A DNA stretch of 64,000 nt, taken from Vitrella brassicaformis CCMP3155 (taxonomy: Eukaryota; Protista; Chromerida). Position 1 is the stretch's first letter. Every line of letters begins with the position of its first letter. The DNA is taken from the NCBI GenBank assembly GCA_001179505.1, contig CDMY01000908.1, positions 176,672 to 240,671 on the forward strand. The letters are read 5' to 3'. Below, piece by piece: positions 1 to 14,241 of this stretch. A program made the position numbers and the translations under genes. The notes beneath the pieces were generated by a model. It made no database searches, was not told where the DNA came from, and saw only the letters and a list, made by a program, of their open reading frames with translations.

Positions 1-1585
1 CCGCCACTCACGCGCAAGCTTGACGACAAAGTCCAGGTGCACAGACACACATGAACGTTCTTGTGTCTTGAGATGCGGATATGTGCGTGTTGTGTGGTGT
101 GCTTGTGCTGTGTGTGTTGGTGTACTGTATGTCAGTTTACGGATTTGTGTGACGAGATGGGACTGCAGGTGCCGGTGGCCTATCGCATCACGTCCAGGAG
201 CCAGCTGCACGAACTCAACAAAATGGACCTCAAGGTACACACGCGCGCACCGAAACACCTCACACATGGACGGATGGATGGATGGATGGTCTTTGGCTGA
301 TTCATGGGTCTGTTCGTGCAGGACGACCGATATGTACTCAAGCACGTCGAGTGAGTCTCACAGACACATGACACAACACAACACCAGTGCGCCGATGCAC
401 ACACGCATCTGTCTGTCTGCTGTCTGGTGCAGGTACGACCCCATGCGCAGATACGACATGTTCACCCTCCCATGCACACCTCAAGAGTAAGCAGACACCT
501 CGCCACGACAACCACACACACACACACACACACATATGCACACACACACATGGATGGATGTAACGCATGCAGGCTGGACAACTATCTGGACACTCGTGAC
601 ATCCACCCGTCCCCGAGCGACCCCTGGCAGGCACAGCAGTGGATCACCGGCACCGAGTACTGCACATGGTCCGTCATACAGGCCGGCAAGGTTCTCCTCC
701 ACACCTGCCACCTCTCATCGCCCGCACAACTCAACTACAAGTACGACGACGTCCCGGAGATCCTCGACTGGACAGAGAAATTCGCCGCGGCCCTCAACAC
801 GGCCGGTGGGTATGCATGTAGCCAGCCATCCACCCATCCATCTGCTCTCCTCTTGTTTGTCAACAGGTCAGTTTTCCCTGGACGTGATAGTGCGTGAGAG
901 CGACGGGGAGTGCTTCGTGATAGAGTGCAACCCCCGGACGCACTCGGCGTGCGTCGCATTCCACGACCAGGCCGCTGCCGTCGGCGAGGTTTTTCTGCAC
1001 GGTACGCTTGTTTGTGGGTGTGTAAGTTACTGCGTCTGATGTGTGAATGCAATGCCTCCATGTCATGTGTGTGCGTATGGGTGCGGTGCATCGATCAGGC
1101 GCGTCTCACTGGACGAAGCCGGAGAACCAGGCCAAGCTGCCCATGCTGCCCAACAAAGACCACACGCACGTCTACTGGGTACATCAATCACACCAACCGC
1201 CCTTACACCCACACACGCAGATCAGATCCCCACTTACTTCGGCCGATGTATTGCATCGGTGTGTGCAGTTGTACCAGGAGGTCATGAAGCTGTGGAAGGT
1301 GCGGTCGTTCCAGCAGCTCGCCGACCGGGTGGCCTTCCTCTCCTCTGGCCGCGACGCCTGGTTCGAGGTGTCTGACCCGCTGCCATTCCTCGCCATCCTC
1401 TACTGGCAGATGCCATGGCGGCTGCTGCAGGTACGCACCCATGTGTGTGTATGTCAACAGGGGTGGGCACAGGTGTTGTGTGTTGTGGGATGTGTGTGTG
1501 GCTGTAGGGTCCGTTGCTGACGGGCAACAGCTGGAGCAAGCTGGAGTGGTGCATCGGCAAAGTGGTTGAGGTCGGCGGCGACTGA
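1..1585 (+). CDS. mysC: Mycosporine-glycine ligase-like ATP-grasp protein (MysC/Ava_3856 family), 5'-partial, multi-exon
   Basis: Spliced exons read LDDKVQ|FTDLCDEMGLQVP...|DDRYVLKHVE|YDPMRRYDMFTLPC...PWQAQQWITGTEYCTWS...SSPAQLNY...GQFSLDVI...FVIECNPRTHSA...YW|LYQEVMKL...DPLPFLAILYWQMPWRLL...WCIGKVVEVGGD*. This follows the cyanobacterial MysC motif series (LDDK-F, YILK-YD, PW-QEFI-G-E-CTHS, IECNPRTHSA, DPLPFL-WQIP, IGKLVELGGD C-terminus). Stop at 1583-1585. Confidence 0.9.
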
Positions 1586-2961
1586 TCGCGTGTGTTCGAA
1601 CTGGAGTCAGTGAGGGCGTGAGGGAGTGCGGGAGAGATGGGTTGTGGTCGGTCCGTGAAGGGTTTTCCTCCCGAGTGACAGCACAGCACAGCATGTGTTG
1701 TGTGGATGAGTGTCGTGTATCACCCCACGCATGCATTGATTGCGTTCATGTGGATGGATGCAAATGTGCGTGTCTTGATGCTCGTGTGTGATGGATGCAT
1801 AGATGGATGGATGGATGGATGGCTAGCTCCCGAAGGGACATGCGCCACGCACCCCCTGCATCATGGCCGTATACACGTGGAAAGGGAGTAGCCGAAAACA
1901 GACAAACGTGAGTCTGTCTCCTACTCTGTCTGTCTGGTGCCGCATGGATGGATGCCCCCCCCTCTCTCTCTCTCTCTGTGTGTGTGTGTGCCTGTCCCTA
2001 CCTGTGTCCTTGTCTGTCTGTCTGTCTGTCTGCCTGCCTTTCTCCTCCATTTCTGAGTGAGTCTCTGTCTGTCGATAGCAAACATGGATCCATCCATGGA
2101 TGACGGCTCACTATCTATTTGTGTGCTGACGCGTGTCGATACGCATTGCATGCAACACGACAGGACAGACAGCCCAGCTCTCTTCTTATAGTGAGAAGAG
2201 GCACACACATACATACATACACTCTCCTCAGCGAGCAGCCAAGCCACCTCGCGCAGTTTTTCGCCATCCCTGTCTGCCTGTCCGTCTGTCTGTGGGTATG
2301 TGTGTGCGACGTGTCTGGAGGCGGGCCGTCACTTTTGTCCTTTTGTCGTGCGTTTGCTGCGTGGGCACGTTTGTCATGCATGAAAGAGAGGGCTCCAGTG
2401 TGCAGCCAGCCGGCACCCGTGAGTGTGGTGTGCGGGGGGATACCTGGGGCTTCGCGTACGTCTGTCTTTCTCCGCATGGGACGATGCGGAGGGAGTGACG
2501 TGTGCTGTGGCCAAGGTGTCCACCACACCGCACACACACAAGGATACTGTACGTGGCATGAGCCTCCCTGGATGCGGGGGGGTTGTTCAGTCCGTCCCTC
2601 ACCGTGGAGGGAGAGTGTCGCATGTCCGTAGTGGAGAGACATTTCCAGCGATGATTTCGTAATGTCGTCATAACTCCCACACAGTGACACCAGCAACCTA
2701 CTCACGATACCGAGACAGCGACAAACAAACGACCAGTGCACGCACAGACGAATAAAACCACGCAACACCCACTCGAGAGAGAGGGTGAGAGAGAGAGCCA
2801 GAGAGGCTTGTGGCTACTCACTCTCTCTCTCTCTCTCTCTGTTCTCTGCCTGTCAATTGGCGTATGAACAGGCAGCTACTCAGTTGGGTTTAAACCGACC
2901 ACATGGCCCCAGCCCACTTGCCCCCCCGCCATCTGTCCATCCATCCATCCCATCCACCTGT

Positions 2962-5070
2962 CTAAATGAGACCCTGTGTGCTGAGCATCATCTCTATTTC
3001 CGACACTCTCTCGCCGTCGGCCAGCGTCAGCATGCGGCCGTCAGACTGGGCGTGGTGCTCGGGCGGCGGGTGTGCCAGCGACTCCCGCATGCTCTGAGTG
3101 ACATACATACCCGTTCGGCACTCACTGAGTGATTCACACGTCTGTCTGTGTCCGTCTCTGTGAGTGTGCATACCTTCAGGTACGGCCAATATCGCGGATT
3201 CAGCACTTGCACCTCCTCTCTCGCCGCCTGGACCTGCGCGTCGGTCACGCCGAGAGCTCCTGCGAGGGTCCAGCCGCCCATCGTGTTGGCGGCCATGTCA
3301 GCACTGAAGTCGAGCAGGTGCTTCCTGAAGATGTCTGTGTACTCGAGGGCCTTCTCCAGCAGACGCTCCTTGACCGTCGAAAACGAGAGATGAGACTGAC
3401 ACACAGGCAGGCAGGCAGGCAGACAGCGCACATGAGCCAGCTGGACAGGGGATTGATTCGTCATGCACCTTTGTGGCCGCCCGCTGGCAAAGCTTGTTCA
3501 CGTACTCCTGGAAGTGGTGCTGCTGCATGAAATGCACGATGTTGCCCTTCCTGCCAGGTATGCAACACACACACACACACACAGATATACACACAGATAC
3601 AAACAGATACACGCGCAGAATGTCAGCAGTGAGCACCGGCATCCTTACAAGTGGTTCCGTTTGAGGAACTGCTCCGACTTGCTCAAATGCACATTCCCCG
3701 TCAGCCCCACTTGCTCAGTGACGTCCTCGCCGAAAAGGCGCATACATGAATGGACGACGGCGTCCGTGCAGATGGTCGGCATGTCAGGCAAGAAATAAAA
3801 GACGAACGTCTTGCCTCCAATCGTGACGGTCGCGGTCTTGTCGGCCCAGAAGAGCATGTCCAGTGGGCTGCGGACCTCGATGAGAGGGTCCAAGATCGGC
3901 AAGTGGCGGGTCTTCTCAAAGTAGCTGAGAATGAGGTCCTCGATCGCCCTCGACGCAGCGCGGACCAGACGGGCCAGCATCGACCGGAGCGAGTCAGGAT
4001 GCAGCTCCGAGAATGGGGTAGTGTCCAGCGACAGGCGGGCGAACCGGAAGGTCGGATAGTCTATCGAATCGTGGAGGGCGCCGCTCCTGCAGGCGTCTTC
4101 CTTGAGTGAATAGACTCTCGCGCCCTTCACAGCACTTGTTGCCTGGCTGTCACGCTCCCCACGCTTCACGTAGCTCAGTAAGCCGATATTGACGTGGCGG
4201 AATCGCGTCAAAACCAGGCCCATCGAGACCTTGGTCAGGGGACGACTTGCCAGCTCGCTGATGATCTGGTCCTCCTTGCGCCGCTGCAGCTCGTAGAACT
4301 CATCCTCGGACATCATCCCGTACACGTACTTGACCGGGGCTTCGTTGTCGTACCGAAAGGCTCCCACATTCGACAGCGTCTTGGCGTCCTTACACACATT
4401 CTTGTGTGCCGCCCTCCAGTGGTTCCGCTGACACTCGAGCGAGCAGTAGCTGACGAGCCGGCATTCGCCGCACGTGGAGAGTGATGGCACTGCAGGCGGC
4501 CCCTTCCCACACATGGCGCAGCGCCGTTCTGTCGGGTAGGCCGCTCTGTCGTCAGAGAGGCGCACCTTGTAGCCACGCATCTCTGACGGCAGCACAGCGG
4601 AAAAAGAGCCAATCAGGGCCTGCGTGCATGCCCTTCCCGCCCTGTCTGCGCGGTGCGCACCAACCCACCTGCAGCGGTGAAGGGCACGTCAGATGCTCCT
4701 GTCACGCGAGGACTGGCCGCAGTCGAACTGGCGGCCGTCGAGTCGGGCTGACTGGCCTCCCTTTGCTGGCTCGCGGGCACCATGTGACCACGCATCTCTG
4801 ACACACACCAAGGACACACTTAATGTCTGTTTTGTGGTCTCGTCTGCGTTTCCACCCCACCCACGGTGACCCACCTGCAGAGGCAGAGGGGAAGGGCACG
4901 TCAGATGATGCCGTCACGCGCTGCTGTTGCTGCTGCTTCTTCTGCTTCTGCTTGTCGAGAGCCATCGCGGCCATCGCTCTGCTGGCAGCCGAAGGTCCTC
5001 CATCGTCGGATGAGTCGCTCGTCGAGTCAAGCTTGTCCCAGCGGCCGTAGTCGATGGGCTTCCCGGACAT
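2962..5070 (-). CDS. MYND zinc-finger protein with N-terminal DYxxWD motif and uncharacterised C-terminal domain
   Basis: Start MSGKPIDYGRWDKLDSTSDS at 5070. The large exon 3650-4590 contains CAMCGK...CGECRLVSYCSLECQRNHWRAAHKNVC (MYND pattern). Further exons KGNIVHFMQQHHF..., KERLLEKALEY..., ...MLSTQGLI* join at GT-AG sites. Confidence 0.75.
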
Positions 5071-5513
5071 TTTGCAGGAGTACAGCAGACAGCGGAGGGA
5101 GATCTCGGCGTGGCGCCACAAGGAATGCAGGGAGCTGGCGGCAGGAACGCAGAAAGACGAAAGTCGACAGGTCAACGCTTCCTGGTCGGAAAAGCAGCCA
5201 ACACCGAGCCGAGGGCCTCCCTTCTGCGATTCTTCAAAGCCTGACATGAACACACACGCAACACACACACGTGCACAACGAGAATGTGTAACTCATCATC
5301 TTTTTCTCTTTCTCATTGGTTCATCTGTGGTCTGTGGGAGTTGCTCACCTCTTTTCTCTGCTGTGGCGATGATTCAAAGCCAGATCGGAAGCCAGTACAC
5401 CTGCTAGCAGGATAGGGCGCGCGAAACCATCGCCAGCAGTCCCGTCCCCTCTCCATTTTCTTCGCTTTTCGGCCTCCCCCTGTCGTGTTTGTGAGCCTTT
5501 TCGCTCCCCCATC

Positions 5514-5554
5514 CTTCGCTCGTCCGCTTCCGCTCGTCCGCTTCCGCTCGTCCC
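5514..5554 (+). repeat. About 3 copies of a 14-bp unit (cttccgctcgtccg) upstream of GAPDH
   Basis: Directly visible: cttcgctcgtccg cttccgctcgtccg cttccgctcgtcc. Confidence 0.8.
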
Positions 5555-5607
5555 TCGCCCAGTCCCTCACCCCGACACACTCGGTCTCCCCTCACACTCA
5601 CACAGAC

Positions 5608-7597
<1,990 letters not shown>

Positions 7598-9088
7598 ACA
7601 GAGGGAGAGGGAGATAGACGCATCGACAGACAGATGCAAACGGAGAGAGAGCGGGAAAGGGAGGGGAAGGGGAAGGGGGAACACACACTCTTATACACAC
7701 ACACTACGTAAACGTATACGTACACATGGCATACGTGAGCGTCCGTCAGTCGATCGATCGTCACTGACCTCTGTCTGCCTCTTTTTCTCCACCTTTTTGA
7801 TCACCCTGCCGCCCTCCCTTCCTGCCTGCCTGCCTGTCCGCCTGCCTGTGTGTCTCTGTTGGTCGTCCTGTAAGAACACACCCACGCTCGTATGTCTCAA
7901 CGCGACCACACAGCACACAGGCAGACCGACTCAGACATGCAGCAGCAGCAGCAGCAGGAAGAATACCTCAATTTTCGACTTGGTAGCGCAGAGAGAGATA
8001 TGATAATGCTTGCGAGGTGACTGCCTGCCCGACCAGTTTTGTCTTTTTTCTCCCCTAGATCAACCGATGGACGACAGAGTGGCTGCCTGCATGTGTGGCG
8101 TGCGCGTGGCTGATTTGGAGTTTGCTTTGCCGACCGACATATAGATGTGTGTGTGAGTGTCAGTCAATCAAGTCAGGGAGAGACATAGCCTGCTTGCCTG
8201 CATCGTTTTTGGGCGAGAATCTGCCCCTTTCACATGCGCCGAGAGTGTTTTGTTTGTTTGTGTGTGAGTGTGAGTGTGCCGAGCCGATGCAAATGAATGA
8301 ACGCGTACATCCGAGTTTAATGAGCGTGAGTGAGTGGCTGAGTGAGCGAGTGAGCATTTCCTCCGTTTGTTTCTTCTCGAGACAGCCAGGTCAGTGAGAC
8401 AGGTCAATGAGCAGCACAGACACACACATGGACTACATCCTACTACCACTGAAAGCGCTCCTCTGCCATTCTTGTGCCTGGTGTCCATCAACCTGAGAGT
8501 CAGAGCGAGGGAGAGAGAGAGAGGGATGCGTGTGTGTCGTGGCCACCATCTGTCTGTCTGCCTGCCTGTCTGTCTGCCTTTTGTGTGTGGTGTGTTGCTG
8601 CATTGCATTTGTTTGCTAAGCCCGCTCGCATGTAGTAGGTGGATGGACGCGCACTTACTTAGCAGGTAGGTAGGAAGATCTCATCATCCCATGCATCTTG
8701 AGTGGCTGGCTGAGTGAGTGGAGTGCACTTGTCCCACCCAACCGACCGGTCCACGTGCGTTCGTTTCAGGTTGTTTGAATCATGCATGGACGCGATGCGT
8801 ACATGGCATGGCTACCTAGATGGATGGATCGATGGAGGCGACCATATCACATCAACAGCAGTGAGGGATGGCAGGACAGGTCAACTGTGGGGTGTAGCGC
8901 CGACCACTCAGCTCGAGTAGCAATGAGTATTCACTTCCACACAGACATGGCGACCTGACTTCTGACGACTCAGTTCACTTCGTCCAATTTGACATACGTG
9001 TTCCACATATATATAGACATACTCATGCTCTCCCTCTCTATGCCACAGACACACAGACACATGCATACACAACACCAGCTAACCACAC

Positions 9089-10229
9089 TCACCCCTCCAC
9101 TGCCTCTCTCGCTTCTCTCGACGTGCTTGACGACAGGTCAAACAGGAAGTCATGCACATACCTCTCAGCCCACTCATGGCCAAAGAAGGCCGCCAGCACC
9201 GGCTGGACCGGGTCTCGTACCGCTGAGTACTCATCGTACCCCCGCTGCATGGCCTCGTTCCGCTCCACAACCGACGTGCTCGAGCACGGTCTCAGAGAGC
9301 CAACCATGTCCAAGTAGGTGGAAAGGTATTCACAGAAGGCAGGAAAGAGCAAAGCAGCCACGTGGCTGGCATCCTCAAAGCGGCCGTACAGCATGCTCGA
9401 GGAGAAGTACCGCTTCTCGTCATAGTGCCTTGCCGACATCCGCCCGGTCAGGCCCACATAGTTGCGATCACGGCTTCGTCGTAGACGCTCAAAGAATGAT
9501 CGGTAGGCGGGTGCGCTCTCCGTGTCTTGAGGGGGAGAGGTAAGCGGCTGTGCGTCGATCACTTGCAGGTACTTGCTGTCGGACAGCTTGATCAGGTCGA
9601 CGCCCAGCAAGGGGGGAGGGATGTCCGCCCCCAAACTAAAGGAAGGGTACCAGAGTGAGTTAAAGACCTCAAATCCCTTAGCACCACTGTCTGCACCGAC
9701 ACAGGTGCCACACACGGATGAGTCGCGCCATGGACGAGTGTGTGGATCGGCGTAGGTCTTTAACACTATGCTGACCGAAATACGTCATCCTGATCTTCCG
9801 AAACTGCTTGGAGCTAAAGCAAGCGCTCGAGATGCGTACATGCGGCCGCCTCGTACCGCTCTCCCCATCGTCCTCCACCACCGTCTTGTCACTCTCCCTC
9901 TGCGCCAGCTCCGGCGGCAACGGGACGCCAGTGAGGCCCTCAAGTGCAGACATCTTCTGCAGCTGCACGGCCACGAATGCATCATACAAGAGCGGGCCGG
10001 ACGAAGGCACCAGGGGCTCCAGTGGGAAGTGGGGCAATGGGACAGAGGAGGGAGTGGTTGAGAGAAAGGGTGCTACCATGGGGGCTCCGGACGGTGTCGC
10101 CGCTGCCTGTGCGGATGGGTGTCTGCGAGGGCAGGGGGAGGCCAAGGGGTGGGAGGGGGTGAAGGCTGACACATGGACGATAAGCACAGCTGAAAAGACG
10201 ATGAGCTGCAGCACCGCGGCCAGCATCAT
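9089..10229 (-). CDS. pebA: Plastid-targeted ferredoxin-dependent bilin reductase (PebA / 15,16-DHBV:ferredoxin oxidoreductase-like)
   Basis: Two exons (intron 9691-9775). Signal peptide ending ...HVSA-F plus an S/P/A-rich transit peptide. Then FRKIRMTYF|DSG...VFNSLWYP...LLGVDLI...VIDAQPL...RYFSSSMLYGRF...LFPAFCEYL...YDEYSAVRDP...FFGHEWAERYVHDFLF, the FDBR motif series. PebA versus other FDBR subfamilies is tentative. Confidence 0.85.
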
Positions 10230-10242
10230 GGTCAGCCGATGA

Positions 10243-12087
10243 ACATTAGGAGGGCAGGCTCTTCGCTATGCCAGAAGGCCGAAAGACACCCGGCACCTCA
10301 AGGATCTGGCCCGTGATCTGTACGGCGAAACCTCAATCAGTCATCTTACCTGGAGAAAAGACAGCACAGCAGAAGGACGACAGATCTTTGTGAGCAGTGC
10401 TGAAGAAACGATTCTTGTCTTCTCATCCTTCCCACCAAGGGGCCCATACGGTGGATCTAAGGCCGTGCGTGTGAAAGCTGATCTTGATCTTGACGCATTG
10501 CTGGCAGATAGAGATGCGGCCACAGCTGGCGATGAATGGGCGGACGGGTATCTCTGTGGTCTGCACGCCTCGTTCCCCGCCAGCTCGCCAACTGCGAGCT
10601 TAGCCTGGGGAGATCTGCGAATGAAGCTGGATCCAAAGCGATGCTGTCCAAGGCTGAGGAGCCGCCTTGTGCGTCCGAATCATGAGTCTGTTCTGTCACC
10701 CGTGACCACATCGAACACTCGAAGGATGCGGCTTCGTTCGCACCATGCAGCCATCGCCGGCCTGATTGGGTGCATGGGACTCAATGCATTCGGCCTCAGT
10801 GTGTCAGCAGCCGCCGCCAGTGAATCTGAGAAATCATCATCCTCTATTTCCCTCGCCGTTGCATTGCTTCTCATCCTGAAATGGAGCCGCAAGATGGTGG
10901 CCCTTGCACGGCAGACCGGGCGCTTGCTCTACAGAGGGGAGGGGCTCGACAACGGCATCGAGGCCATGCTTATCAACAAGGAGCCAGATCTGTTCGAGCC
11001 TGCCACTTATGGGAGGTGGGTGGATCTGAGTGATGGCAGCCACTCACGTATTTATCGTTCACTCATGTGTCGTGTGTGATTGGTTGGCTGCAGTGAGCGC
11101 GTCAGCCACTTCTTCAAGCAGATGGACACTGTTCTCAGGCAAAGGGGAGGTCGGGCCCTGCCGTCCAACGGTAAGCAGATACAGTCCGCACAATCAACCA
11201 GGAGAGCTCAGAATACCTGCTTGCTCTGTGTGTGTGTGTGTGTGTTTGGGCGTGTGTGTGCGTGTCTGATGCAGGCCACATTGCGGTTGCCGACGCTGCA
11301 ATTGCCGCGCAGTGGGGCGAGGCTGCATCGATATGGCCAATCGGTGACTTCCACTGGCTCACTTTCAGAGAAAGGTACAGCACATACAAAGTGTCCGTTG
11401 TGTGCATAACATACACGCATGTCATGCCCTGCATTCTACAGGCAAGAGCTGTGGACGCCGTCTGATGCCATACACCGAGACCACCAGCTGCCCTCCCTCT
11501 CGGCCGTCAGCACCTATCTCGACGACGTGGGCGCAGCATGGGACACCACACAGACACGGCGGCTGCTGAGGCGTCCACCAGAGCCCCTCCTTCCACTCAA
11601 AGGACGACGGCAGACATCGCCGGATGCTGATGTTGACGACAACATGCCAGCGGCTCTTGTGGCCGCCATGAAGAAAGGCAACGAGGTGCTGTTTTCGCCC
11701 CCCCGCGGTGCCGCACCGCCGATAGCCATGCCGTCGGAGGCCCTGCGTGCTGACTTGGACAGTGGGCGGCTGACGAGAGAGAGGATCCAAAGCCTTATCG
11801 ATGATGACAGCGATACAGACAGCGAGAGTGGTGATGAGGAGGGGGATGATGATCTGTCGAGCGAGTCGTCAGGGGACGACAGCAGCGCTGCCGGCAGCGA
11901 TGGCGATGGTGGAGAGGGGGAGGACGGCGGGACAAACACACGGAGAGTGGCCTTCATCGCCGTGTCGGCAAAATTTGACGATCAGGTGAGCGTGGGCAGG
12001 GGGCGAGGCGCGTGTGTACGCACCCACGGTCATGCATCTGTATTTATTACGCAGGTGAGGGAGGCGCTCGGCATCCCATCGATCTAG
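10243..12087 (+). CDS. Hypothetical protein (multi-exon, acidic C-terminal region), start uncertain
   Basis: Long non-repetitive open frame 10243-11010 with a hydrophobic segment, and a second long frame 11441-11985 with a D/E/S-rich tract, separated by repeat-rich intron-like segments. No recognised family. Confidence 0.4.
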
Positions 12088-12407
12088 ATGAGTGATTAAC
12101 AGTGCTGACATACATGAGTGTGCAAGGGTCAGAGTGGGGGGTGGGGTGGGGTGGAGTGGTGGGTCATATAGCTTAAGATGCATCAGCGTTTTAGCTTTAC
12201 TCGTTGGCTGTAGTCAGCCGGTTGTGTGGACACTACGTCATTGACAGACATTGACAACACACATCATGGAATCCGTCAGTCATCAATGAGTCAGTCCAGT
12301 TGGCATGCATCAACAGACAAAGGTCACATCGATATCCTCACTGAGCGAGCTACTCATCTCCCACCACCTGTCCCACCCACAGCCCCCAGCCCCACCCCCA
12401 CCACCTG

Positions 12408-13459
12408 TCATGTCTGCTGCTGGTGGTGCTGCTGTGACAAGTGGCCGCCTTCGTCCTGCTTGACGAGGCAGATGAAGTTGAAGCGGCTAATGAGAGAGGG
12501 GATGGAGGCGTGCAGGGGGCCGTACTTGGCCGTGCCATCATACAGGTCAGTCAGCGACACAGCTATCATCGTGTGACCCGCTGGCAGCACAAACGTACCT
12601 GCACCGTTCATCCATCACACCACATCAACACACAGACAGAGGGATAGGTATCACTCACTGCAAGCTGGTGACCATTGTGTGTGTGTGTGGGTGGGTACAT
12701 TTGTTAGTGAGGGTGACTTGGTAGAGCTTCTGCTGCTCCTTGGGACGGGTGATGTGCGCGGGAAGGTAAGGATACTGCATGCCAGAAAGGAGCAACAGAC
12801 AGACAGACCGACCGACCCACACATCACAGTGACAAGAATGTCCCTCTGCCCAGCCTCCGACCCATTCATTCGACAAACCGACCATGAGCTCTTCGAAGTT
12901 TGGCCGCCACCACACACCCAGCAGCTCACCGACCTGATACACACGCGGACACAAACGCAGAGAGAGAGAGAGAGATGAATGGCCACCGCAGCCATTTTGA
13001 CCTATGTGCCTGCCTGTCTGTCTGTCTGTCTGTCTGTCAGTCTGCCCACCTCGCAAGGCGCTCCTGAGATGCACTTGCCGAGTTTCCTCTGGAGACCGTC
13101 CTTGTCGGACTCACCCGGCCGGAGGCAGCCTCCCGGACTGACACAAACACATACACACACACACACACACAGATCCTGCATCCATGTGGAACATGCACGT
13201 GTGTGTGAGGTGCCTGCTGTGCTTACAGGTGGTAGGTCTGCGTCTGTTCGTGGAGGAAGAAGATGACGTGAGGGTGGCCGTGCTGGTGGATGAGCAGCAC
13301 TGCCGACACGGTGCGGCGGATGCCCTCGCGGCGGTACTTGTCGCGCACTCGTGTGAGTCTTGACTCGTGTGGCTTCTTGGTCCAGTCCTTGCTGGGTCGG
13401 AAGGCCAGGACGGTGTGCGGGTAGATGCTCCATTGGTGCGGCGTGGACGAGGACATCAA
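12408..13459 (-). CDS. NUDT21: Cleavage factor Im 25 kDa subunit (NUDT21/CPSF5)
   Basis: WSIYP...RLTRVRDKYRREGIRRTVSAVLLIHQHGHPHV, LPGGCLRPGESDKDGLQRKL, GELLGVWWRPNFE, YPYLPAHITRPKE, AVSLTDLYDGTAKYGPLHASIPSLISRFNF: the canonical CFIm25 Nudix-like motif order. Confidence 0.92.
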
Positions 13460-14241
13460 TCAAACGACAGATCTGCACCTCATCAAGTGCGAGGGGCGGG
13501 AACGGAATGGCAGGCTGCGGAATGGCAGGCTGCATGAGGTTTTGAGCTTGCGAACGTGGGAGCAAATGGATTGTATACCACCATCCGACGAGCACAGTGG
13601 CCTTCCGATAAGGGAGTCAACGTATGCATCCATATATGCATTGACACAAACAATAAACAGGAGCACGAGATGCATGCGCACAACACGCAAAGCAGACACA
13701 CTCGCAGTCACGTACAGACATAGACACACGACGGGCAGACAGAGCGTATACCCGTGTACGATCAACCGACATACGGGCAATCGTCCAGTCAGACACATCC
13801 ATGCTTCACCGGATGATGAAGCACTCGTGAATCACCCAACGGATGAGTGCTGTACAGCACGCCATGAATGAGTGCATCCACCCACCCACGCGTCACCTAC
13901 TTCACCCAAAAGCTCCCGCTCTCGTCTTAACACATCATTGAAATAACAAACTCTTCCTACCTGTCTGCCTGCCTGCCTGCCTGAGCTTCACGAAACCGCG
14001 TGACCGGCCTCGTGCATATCGAAATACTCACTCATCCAGTCAGCCAGCCGACTACTGACTGAACTACAGCTCACTACGAACTACAGCTCATCACAAGACA
14101 GAGGCCCCAGACATGATACACACATACATGCCGACACACACTTGACACGAAAACATACATACATACATACATGTCGAACGAACGAACGAATGAACGATGG
14201 AAATGGGCACAAGGGCAAATGAACAAGTGAACCAGCACTCA

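Noticed and set aside
1600-2950. Many 60-220 aa ORFs rich in THTH/VCVC/DRQT
   Set aside because: These are translations of (CA)n, (TG)n and (GACA)n microsatellites in UTR or intergenic DNA. The same applies at 7.6-9.0, 17.9-20.8 and 57.4-60.7 kb.
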